Shown here: piece by piece, positions 1-11,500 of the stretch
How the letters are laid out: each line of letters opens with the position of its first letter
Numbering within the stretch: the first letter of the stretch is position 1
From: Macrostomum lignano
Lineage: Eukaryota
Length of the DNA: 64,000 nucleotides
NCBI GenBank assembly: GCA_002269645.1
Contig: NIVC01001300.1
Location: 186,001-250,000, forward strand
Direction: 5' to 3'
The notes under the pieces: model-generated
Database searches by the model: none
What the model saw: only the letters and a program-made list of their open reading frames with translations
What the model was told of the DNA's origin: nothing
Translations under genes and position numbers: made by a program

Positions 1-340
1 GTTATTTAGACCACGTAAACCACAAATTTAAAGCTCGATTGACCGATTTGATCGAAGGAAATAAATAAGAAATAAAATTCTGTACTAACCATGTTAACGT
101 AAAAAACCTAAAGAATGTTTTTTTCACAAATTAGCATTTTTTGTTGCGCTATAGAGAGCCAATACTGGTCGAGCCCTGCCTTCCACTGCCAGAGATGAGG
201 GCGTCGGTCTTCCCGAGGGTCAATCATTAGAACAGGTAATAATCTCTACATTTCAATGTAACATCTCATTTATATTATTAGGATAAATATACTATTTATT
301 CATTTATTCAAGGAAGCCTAGAACCCAGGCATCTTGTCAC

Positions 341-1632
341 AGAACCCATACACCATCTCACAGCCCCATCCATCATCTCACAAAACCCAGCCACCATTTC
401 ACAAAACCCAGCCACCATCTCACAAAACCCAGCCACCATCTCACAAAACCCAGCCACCATCTCACAAAACCCAGCCACCATCTCACAAAAGTCAGCCACC
501 ATCTCACAAAAGTCAGCCACCATCTCACAAAACCCAGCCACCATCTCACAAAAGTCAGCCACCATCTCACAAAAGTCAGCCACCATCTCACAAAACCCAG
601 CCACCATCTCACAGAAGCCAGCCACCATCTTGCAAAACCCAGCCACCATCTCACAGAAGCCAGCCACCATCTCACAAAACCCAGCCACCATCTCACAGAA
701 GCCAGCCACCATCTTGCAAAACCCAGCCACCATCTCACAGAACCCAGCCACCATCTCACAAAACCCAGCCACCATCTCACAGAAGCCAGCCACCATCTTG
801 CAAAACCCAGCCACCATTTCAAAAAACCCAGCCACCATCTCACAAAACCCAGCCACCATCTCACAAAAACCAGCCACCATCTCACAAAACCCAGCCACCA
901 TTTCACAAAACCCAGCCACCATCTCACAAAACCCAGCCACCATCTCACAAAACCCAGCCACCATCTCACAAAACCCAGCCACCATCTCACAAAAGTCAGC
1001 CACCATCTCACAAAACCCAGCCACCATCTCACAAAAGTCAGCCACCATCTCACAAAAGTCAGCCACCATCTCACAAAACCCAGCCACCATCTCACAGAAG
1101 CCAGCCACCATCTTGCAAAACCCAGCCACCATCTCACAGAACCCAGCCACCATCTCACAAAACCCAGCCACCATCTCACAGAAGCCAGCCACCATCTTGC
1201 AAAACCCAGCCACCATTTCAAAAAACCCAGCCACCATCTCACAAAACCCAGCCACCATCTCACAAAATCCAGCCACCATCTCACAGAAGCCAGCCACCAC
1301 CTCACAAAACCCAGCCACCATCTCACAGAAGCCAGCCACCATCTCACAAAAGCCAGCAGCCATCATCTCACAAAACCCAGCCACCATCTCACAGAAGCCA
1401 GCCACCATCTCACAAAAGCCAGCCACCATCTCACAGAAGCCAGCCACCATCTCACAGAAGCCAGCCACCATCTTGCAAAACCCAGCCACCATTTCAAAAA
1501 ACCCAGCCACCATCTCACAGAAGCCAGCCACCACCTCACAAAACCCAGCCACCATCTCACAGAAGCCAGCCACCATCTCACAAAAGCCAGCAGCCATCTC
1601 ACAAAACCCAGCCACCATTTCACAGAAGCCAG
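341..1632. repeat. 21-bp minisatellite (aaaacccagccaccatctcac)
   Basis: Direct tandem copies with point variants; explains the heptad ORFs (CEMVAGF, QNPATIS). Confidence 0.97.
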
Positions 1633-2518
1633 CTATCTATACAACAAGCCATACATTTCAAATACCCCAATTAAAATGACACACCATAATCAGGTACCTG
1701 ATGAAACTGGCATACCTGGCGATGTCGCATCTCATAATTGTCAGCCACTTGAAAGTACCCACTTGTGATGACGATCCCATTTCTTGAGACTTCGCGCAAT
1801 TTTCGAAAACATTTTTATTCATACATTGCTTAGAGTTGTAGCTTACTTTACTTGTATCATCTGTTTAATCTAGATTTATTTGTTATTTATTTCATTTTTT
1901 CATTTGGTTGCGATTATTTTAATGCTGCTACTTTCTGTAGTTTAAAACGCTCAGAGTAAAACAAACAAATGATATTTATTTTAATGCATGTCATTAGATT
2001 CTGAGCACAATACTCACGAGTAATTGATTACGAGTATTTTCCATAGACTCAGTTCGCGAACAGCTTTCATGTTCTTTACAATACAGTATTAGCCAGCACT
2101 GTCCAGTTTTTGGCAGTAATCAGTAAGGCGCTAATCATGACCACGTTATCGGTGAATCAATTTTTGCGCTGTTTTAGCGTCGATAAAATTTATCCAAGCA
2201 TTAAAACAAATTCATTTATTTCGTAGATTTTGCTGTAAATGAAGCAAATGTCTTTAGTGGCTCGTAATTTGCACGATAAATAAATAATTATTAATTAGTA
2301 ACGACGACAGTTTTAATGATTTTTTAAGCCGTCACTGTTTTTAGTTCTTCATGTTTTCTAATCAGTTCAAAACTTCGAAATTGGAGGCTTGGGTCTTTGT
2401 TGCATCCTAAATAAAAAATCGCACTAATACTTCATGCCTCGAGAACATTTCTCCAAGTCGATCAAGACTGATTGCAGCTTCAATAGAAACCACAATCAAA
2501 CATAACCGTTGATCCGCA

Positions 2519-5500
2519 ATGTTTTCATGCAAAGCACAGCTGCTACTGACTTTGGAAATAATCTTGATGTTAAACCTGGCATCTCTGGTCTCTTCCAAGT
2601 CCGTTTTAAAGAATTTACAATCAGCTGGTGAGTTTACGTGTGATTTTTACGCTTGCTAATGTTTTCTTCGGTAAAGCTTGCTTTTTAATAATACGAATGC
2701 CAATTAAAGTACCGAAATAAACCCGAGAGCCCACGAGAAGGACCCAGATGTGAACTCTATAACACGCCATGTTCTTGTTAAAATCCAGCCACTGAAAAGC
2801 TCTTGGTCTTTGGATAGCATTTAAATTCCAGAATATATTCGGCTGCCAATCAGAGCGACAGTCTGTCCGGATCCAATGGATTCCATAGCCCGCACACACT
2901 TGATGTATCAGGCTTTGATAAAATACGAACTAAAATATTTTAATTAGGACTGTAGGCAACCTGGCGCAACGCCTTTGACGACATCCCCCCACAGAAAGCG
3001 ATGACGGCAAATCCACCGACTGCTGAGCACAGGGTGTACAGTGGCCCTGGCTTCACACGACAATCTCCGGGCCAACTTCCGTGCACACAAGCCCCAAATG
3101 ATTCTACCGTAAATGAAATTTGTTCAGTTTGAAACTCAGAATCGCAACTGTTAGATACAAAATAGTTTTTAGGTCACAATTTTAGCTGATGTAGCCGACG
3201 CAATGAAGCTTAAGCGACTTAATTAGCAAATCGACATGTCCTATCAAATCAATTTGGCTTTATAAACTAAAAAAATCTTGTAGTGTGTCCTGTTTCCGGT
3301 TTCTTATATGGGCGCCCACTTAAGAGTCCGGAGCGCCCACCAAGAGACAGGGGCGCCTAACAAAGTGTTTGGGGCGCTAAAACGCTATCGTCACGTTTCC
3401 ATTGCTTCTTCTGTTCATCGCACAAGTCTTAGAAAAAATCTGTTTCAATTCAGGATCAGCTGCTGCCTGCTCTGCCACCATTCAGAAGTTTTGAATTTCT
3501 ATTTGATTATTAGGATGCTTGCGTGTCCAGGTTCTTTATCGTAGCTCGTATCTACTCATATTGTACTCGAATCAAATCGCATTGCTCGCTGATGCAACGA
3601 TTCAAATTTTGATTGTGCTCAGCTGATCATGTCATGAGTAAACTTCAATACAAGCGAGATTTCAGTTTTTTAATCCAAGACACCGAATATTGGCGCTCCT
3701 TTAGGGTAGCCCCCGAATTATAATTCCTGCGTTCGCCACTGCAGCTATCAATGTTATCCTCAGGATTTTCTTTGAATCTTGCGGCTATCAAGCTCTAGTA
3801 TACATATATGCATGATATCCAGAGAAGTTTTTGCGCAACATGCTTTAGTTGCTGGGTTACTAAAAACCGGATTTTACTGAATTATCTGACCTATCAAATA
3901 AATTCTGATAATTATAAACCCAAAAATGTTTTGCAGAGTTCGACAAGGACGCCAACGAATTGGCGCGGACGAGGCGAGCCGCCTGCAGCGAGGGCGACTG
4001 CAAGAATGGAGGCATTTGCTGGCCGGGTGCTGTGACGTCAAGCGTTCCTCCGTGTCTGTGTCCTGAGGCGTACACTGGTACTCATTGCACTGTTAGAATA
4101 GACTTCTGTGCTACATCTTCGGACGCTGGCGCTACAAGAACCAATCCCTGCCAAAACGGAGGCACCTGCAGCAACTCAGACGCGAGCCCCTGGTATCACT
4201 GCAGCTGCGTTCCCGGCTACACAGGTGGGTGACCAGGTGGGGCAAAGCCAGTTGAAATTGACGCACCTGCGAATTGCCTGAGAAAATATATTAATAATAG
4301 AAAGCCATTTGAGTGTTAAATATTGATTTTTTGTTTCGTTGGTTTACCTTTTTGACAAAATGCATAGCAAAAAAGATGTAAGCCAATCTAATGAATTGCT
4401 ACAAATACTCAATGGTTGAGAGAGATAGCGAATGGAGGCGGTTTGGATAAAATTGCACCCTTACCAAAATTTTTATCCCTAAAAACTGAAAAAAAAGATT
4501 TAAACAATCTCGTTAAATGAAAAGGGCTCAATTTTTGTCCCCTCTTGGAAATGGCAAAACTGGCTTTCGAATTTCATGTAGCTAGGGCGCCCACCTCAGA
4601 GACAGGGGCGCCCACCTCAGAGACAGGGGCGCCCACCTCAGAGACAGGGGCGCCCACCTCAGAGACAGGGGCGCCCACCTCAGAGACAGGGGCGCCCACC
4701 TCAGAGACAGGGGCGCCCACCTCAGAGACAGGGGCGCCCACCTCAGAGACAGGGGCGCCCACCTCAGAGACAGGGGCGCCCACCTCAGAGACAGGGGCGC
4801 CCACCTCAGAGACAGGGGCGCCCACCTCAGAGACAGGGGCGCCCACCTCAGAGACAGGGGCGCCCACCTCAGAGACAGGGGCGCCCACCTCAGAGACAGG
4901 GGCGCCCACCTCAGAGACAGGGGCGCCCACCTCAGAGACAGGGGCGCCCACCTCAGAGACAGGGGCGCCCACCTCAGAGACAGGGGCGCCCACCTCAGAG
5001 ACAGGGCGCCCACCTCAGAGACAGGGGCGCCCACCTCAGAGACAGGGGCGCCCACCTCAGAGACAGGGGCGCCCACCTCAGAGACAGGGGCGCCCACCTC
5101 AGAGACAGGGGCGCCCACCTCAGAGACAGGGGCGCCCACCTCAGAGACAGGGGCGCCCACCCAGAGACAGGGGCGCCCACCTCAGAGACAGGGGCGCCCA
5201 CCTCAGAGACAGGGGCGCCCACCCCAGAGACAGGGGCGCCCACCTCAGAGACAGGGACGCCCACCCCAGAGACAGGGGCGCCCACCTCAGAGACAGGGGC
5301 GCCCACCTCAGAGACAGGGGCGCGCACCTCAGAGACAGGGGCGCCCACCCCAGAGACAGGGGCGCCCAACTCAGAGACAGGGACGCCCACCCCAGAGACA
5401 GGGGCGCCCACCTCAGAGACAGGGGCGCCCACCTCAGAGACAGGGGCGCCCACCTCAGAGACAGGGGCGCCCACCTCAGAGACAGGGGCGCCCACCTCAG

Positions 5501-8500
5501 AGACAGGGCGCCCACCTCAGAGACAGGGGCGCCCACCTCAGAGACAGGGGCGCCCACCTCAGAGACAGGGGCGCCCACCCAGAGACAGGGGCGCCCACCT
5601 CAGAGACAGGGGCGCCCACCCCAGAGACAGGGGCGCCCACCTCAGAGACAGGGACGCCCACCCCAGAGACAGGGGCGCCCACCTCAGAGACAGGGGCGCC
5701 CACCTCAGAGACAGGGGCGCGCACCTCAGAGACAGGGGCGCCCACCCCAGAGACAGGGGCGCCCAACTCAGAGACAGGGACGCCCACCCCAGAGACAGGG
5801 GCGCCCACCTCAGAGACAGGGGCGCCCACCTCAGAGACAGGGGCGCCCACCCCAGAGACAGGGGCGCCCACCTCAGAGACAGGGGCGCCCACCTCAGAGA
5901 CAGGGGCGCCCACCCCAGAGACAGGGGCGCCCACCTCAGAGACAGGGGCGCCCACCTCAGAGACAGGGGCGCCCACCTCAGAGACAGGGGCGCCCACCCC
6001 AGAGACAGGGGCGCCCACCTCAGAGACAGGGACGCCCACCCTAGAGACAGGGGCGCCCACCTCAGAGACAGGGGCGCCCACCTCAGAGACAGGGGCGCCC
6101 ACCTCAGAGACAGGGGCGCCCACCTCAGAGACAGGGGCGCCCACCCCAGAGACAGGGGCGCCCACCTCAGAGACAGGGGCGCCCACCTCAGAGACAGGGG
6201 CGCCCACCTCAGAGACAGGGGCGCCCACCTCAGAGACAGGGGCGCCCACCTCAGAGACAGGGGCGCCCACCTCAGAGACAGGGGCGCCCACCTCAGAGAC
6301 AGGGGCGCCCACCTCAGAGACAGGGGCGCCCACCTCAGAGACAGGGGCGCCCACCCCAGAGACAGGGGCGCCCACCTCAGAGACAGGGGCGCCCACCTCA
6401 GAGACAGGGGCGCCCACCCCAGAGACAGGGGCGCCCACCTCAGAGACAGGGACGCCCACCCCAGAGACAGGGGCGCCCACCTCAGAGACAGGGGCGCCCA
6501 CCTCAGAGACAGGGGCGCGCACCTCAGAGACAGGGGCGCCCACCCCAGAGACAGGGGCGCCCAACTCAGAGACAGGGACGCCCACCCCAGAGACAGGGGC
6601 GCCCACCTCAGAGACAGGGGCGCCCACCTCAGAGACAGGGGCGCCCACCTCAGAGACAGGGGCGCCCACCTCAGAGACAGGGGCGCCCACCTCAGAGACA
6701 GGGGCGCCCACCTCAGAGACAGGGCGCCCACCTCAGAGACAGGGGCGCCCACCTCAGAGACAGGGGCGCCCACCTCAGAGACAGGGGCGCCCACCCCAGA
6801 GACAGGGGCGCCCACCTCAGAGACAGGGACGCCCACCCTAGAGACAGGGGCGCCCACCTCAGAGACAGGGGCGCCCACCTCAGAGACAGGGGCGCCCACC
6901 TCAGAGACAGGGGCGCCCACCCCAGAGACAGGGGCGCCCACCTCAGAGACAGGGACGCCCACCCCAGAGACAGGGGCGCCCACCTCAGAGACAGGGGCGC
7001 CCACCTCAGAGACAGGGACGCCCACCCCAGAGACAGGGGCGCCCACCTCAGAGACAGGGGCGCCCACCCCAGAGACAGGGGCGCCCACCTAAGAGACAGG
7101 GGCGCCCACCTCAGAGACAGGGGCGCCCACCTCAGAGACAGGGGCGCCCACCTCAGAGAAAAGGGCGCCCACCTAACAGACATGAGCGCCAACCTCAGAG
7201 AAGGGGCGCCACCCCGCTATCGTCACGTTTCAATTACTCTTTCCGTTCATCGCACAAACCTTGGAATAAATATCTGTTCAGGGCCAGAAATCGATGCTGC
7301 TCGCCCTGCCACCATTCAGAAATTTTGACTTTTCACTTTATGGTTATGATGGCTATGTGTGCGAGTTTTTTGTATTGTAGCCCGTACTTACTCAGATTGT
7401 ACTCAAATCTAATCGAAGATTGGCGCCTCTTAGGCGCCCCTCTGCGCCCCTGTAATGCCGATATTATCTTAATTCGTCTGCAGTTTGAGACAATGCTATT
7501 CATCTTTAGTACGCGTATACATGCATGATACACATGCTTTTAGCGCATGGTGCTCTGGTTGCCAGGAACATTCAGGCTGCTTTGAGTGACATTGCTCAGC
7601 GTTCCGTATTCGTTTCTGTTCTGCACTGTCTGGAAGGCGATAAGAAACATTCGAGGTTTTGTGCATTTGATATTTCTCCGCTTGAAATTTGACTTTTCGT
7701 TAAAAAATGTGCTGAATCAGGAAAGCGAACAAGCAAGATTATTTTCTTTGCTATTTTTGAAATTTCCTGTAAACTTCACAGGCACCGACTGCGAGATCAA
7801 CATTGATGACTGCGCCAGCAAGCCCTGCGCCAACGGCCTGTGCTCAGACTTGGTGAATGACTACAGCTGCAGCTGCTTCACAGGCTGGGAGGGCAGGAAC
7901 TGCAACATCAACCACAACGACTGTCCAACCGGCGCCTGCCTCAATGGCGGCAGGTGCATTGATAGCAACGGCACGTGAGTTCCGCTTCGGTTTCTGTCAG
8001 TAAAGTTACGAGCTGGTTGCTTTCCTGTTTCCAAGTTTTTTCTGTAGTGCTATAATTAATATGCAGTGTAAGTACAATTCGTAAACTACGAGTATAAAAC
8101 CTTACTTTGCTCTGATCAAGTATAACCGTCGGATGTAATAGTTGATAAAATTTCACAGCAAAAACTTCGACAGAAACACTCTGAACATCCAGACTATGGG
8201 GCCAAATTTTCTTTTTGTATTTCAGATTCACCTGTGACTGCACAGACACGGGATTCACAGGTGACAGGTGCCAAAAAAACATTGATGACTGCGCCAGCAA
8301 GCCCTGCATCAACGGCCTGTGCACGGACCTGGTGAAAAACTACAGCTGCAGCTGCTTCACAGGCTGGGAGGGCAGGAGCTGCTCAGTGGACACTGACTAC
8401 TGCCTGTCAGGGCCCTGTCAGAACGGCGGCGTCTGCAGCGACGGAAACTCCACGTGAGTTCTTTGAGCTATTTGGAAGCTGCAGATGGGTTTTGGCATGT

Positions 8501-11500
8501 GCAAAGCCTCAGATCGGTATGTTTTAACTACTTACTAGCCATGTAGCTGCCCTTCGGGGGGAAGCTTAAACATAACTTCCGTTTCCCGTTGAACCCCTTG
8601 GGGAGCAAAGAATGAATGTAATAATTTTATTAATAATGTAATTGAATAACATGCAATAATAATGTACATGTACACTATTACATATAATGTACATGTCCCA
8701 CTCTATTCCAACCCTAGCTAGCACCATCTTTACATACTAGGCTTGTATAATATGTTGACATTCAATTGCCTAACAGGAACAGTATTAGCAGGCAATCCCC
8801 CTAAGTCGAAAGCATCCCCCTGACAGCAAGCATCCCCCAGACAGCAAGCATCCCCCTGACAGCAAGCATCCCCCAGACAGCAAGCATCCCCCTGACAGCA
8901 AGCATCCCCCAGACAGCAAGCATCCCCCAGACAGCAAGCATCCCCCTGACAGCAAGCAATCCCCCAGACAGCAAGCATCCCCAGACATCAAGCATGCCCC
9001 AGACAGCAAGCATCCCGCAGACAGCAAGCATCCCCCAGACAGCAAGCAGCCCACAGCAAGCATCCCCCAGACAGCAAGCATCCCCCAGATAGCAAGCATC
9101 CACCAGATAGCAAGCATCCCCCAGACAGCAAGCATCCCCCAGACAGCAAGCAGCCCACAGCAAGCATCCCCCAGACAGCAAGCATCCCCCTGACAGCAAG
9201 CATCCCCCAGACAGCAAGCATCCCCCAGACAGCAAGCATCCCCCTGACAGCAAGCAATCCCCCAGACAGCAAGCATCCCCAGACATCAAGCATGCCCAAG
9301 ACAGCAAGCATCCCCCCAGACAGCAAGCATCCCGCAGACAGCAAGCATCCCGCAGACAGCAAGCATCCCCCAGACAGCAAGCAGCCCACAGCAAGCATCC
9401 CCCAGACAGCAAGCATCCCCCAGATAGCAAGCATCCACCAGATAGCAAGCATCCCCCAGACAGCAAGCATCCCCCAGACAGCAAGCAGCCCACAGCAAGC
9501 ATCCCCCAGACAGCAAGCATCCCCCAGACAGCAAGCATCCCCCAGACAGCAAGCATCCCCCAGACAGCAAGCATCCCCCAGACAGCAAGCATCCCCCAGA
9601 CAGCAAGCATCCCCCAGACAGCAAGCATCCCCCAGACAGCAAGCATCCCCCAGACAGCAAGCATCCCCCAGACAGCAAGCATCCCCCAGACAGCAAGCAT
9701 CCCCCAGACAGCAAGCATCCCCCAGACAGCAAGCATCCCCCAGACAGCAAGCATCCCCAGACAGCAAGCATCCCCCAGACAGCAAGCATCCCCCAGACAG
9801 CAAGCATCCCCCAGACAGCAAGCAGCCCACAGCAAGCATCCCCCAGACAGCAAGCAGCCCACAGCAAGCATCCCCCAGATGTTGCTTCGAAAGTCTACTA
9901 TTCTGTGATTTAGGTTTCTTTTCCTTTTCGGCATAACAAAGCCAGTTAATTCAACGGACGAATAGATTTGCACGTCACGTGGATCAACAAAACGAAGGAT
10001 TTCAATATATACACGAGGGATCAAACAAAGAAGATGTTTTTTGTCTATGGCCCGAGTCATAGTTAGCTCTGACTGCGAGAAAAAAAACACTAAAAGCATA
10101 GGCAAAAAGCAGGTTTTCTCAACTTTAAAGGGCCATCTTTGTGAATATCAAGAATCAAAATAGTCATGCATAGTCCCGTAAAAATTTCCAATCAAATGGT
10201 GCCAGTTTGATAAATTTTGGTCCAACAGTCTAGGAGGAGTAATAAAATACCTACAATATGATTTTCATCTTTAGTATATTGGATTGGAAAAGGATTTTTC
10301 TCTTCGTGGATTTCTAAATTTCTATGTAAGTTTCCTAATCTTTTGAGAAGCTGCAGATGCAATATGGTGTACTCAAAGCCTCAGATTAATTTTTTTGCTG
10401 TTGATTTCATTTTATTGTGTAAGGGTCTGCAGTCTTTGTTTTTGATAATGTAGGCAATGCAATAAATTTATTTGAAGCTTTCTGGCATGCCCAAACATCT
10501 TTCTTGTCAGCTAGCAACTTCAGTTTTTAGAAATATTTAGGATCTCGACTTTGCTGTCTTCCCAATGCATCCGGATGCCCCGAGCCCCTGCCACTAAATC
10601 AGTTTCTTGGATCTGACGCTGCAAGAAATGTTTTGGTAGGAACTTAAGTGACATCGATAGGTCAGGGTATAAACTTGTTTGCAAACTCTTTTGAGACTGA
10701 GTTGGATTCAAAAAACGTCTAAAAGGGCTCCATTGAGAACGGTTTCGAAAGGCGGCGTTTTAACGCATAATTATCCTGAACAGAATTATCCGATTAGATA
10801 ATTCTGTAATCTGTAGACTCAATCCGTTTCTCCCGTCTTGATTGTAAAATTGTGAAGTCTCAGTGCATGCCCCATAGTCTTTTTGCAATTTATTTTTTAA
10901 ATTAGAGCTCAGAGGCTTTTTCATTGATGCGTTAAAACATAAACGATTGTAAATTTCCATAAGGAAAATCTAAAAAAATCGTAGGAAAGAGATATTGAAA
11001 ACCAACTATATTTCCGTGATAGGTAAGCAAAGTTAAAACAGGTGTCGATCAAAAAATAAAACAGGCGATTTTTAAGACTCTTACTTCATCGGCGCAAGCA
11101 TTACGGTCTCAAAGTGCCTTTTCTAATCCAAAATCAGTTTTACCTGCGACTGCTCTCTCGTCGACTTCCAAGGCGCCACATGCAGCTCCAGGATCGATGA
11201 CTGCGCGTCGAGCCCGTGCCAGCACGGCGGCAGGTGCACCGACGGTGTCAGGAGCTTCACCTGCGGCTGCCTGCCCGGCTACGAGGGCCCGACCTGCTCA
11301 GTCGACATCAACGAGTGCGAGCGGTTCGGACAGCCGTGTCAGAACGGAGCCGTCTGCAAGGACCTGGTAGCGGATTATGCCTGCACCGGCTGCCCCGCTG
11401 AGTTCGGAGGCAAAAACTGCTCCGTGCTGCTTCCACAGTACTCGTTCGGCATAAGCGGACTTGTATCGTCTGCGAGTTTCGCTTCTCTGCCAAATGTGTC

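Noticed and set aside
2407-3110. Minus-strand ORFs as a divergent gene
   Set aside because: No recognisable domain or convincing spliced model; part overlaps the better-supported plus-strand signal exon of A.
308-9936. Long ORFs with 6-7-aa repeats (also 24474-25421, 51541-52306, 59637-60116)
   Set aside because: By-products of stop-free minisatellite units; open in several frames on both strands, and most lie inside introns.
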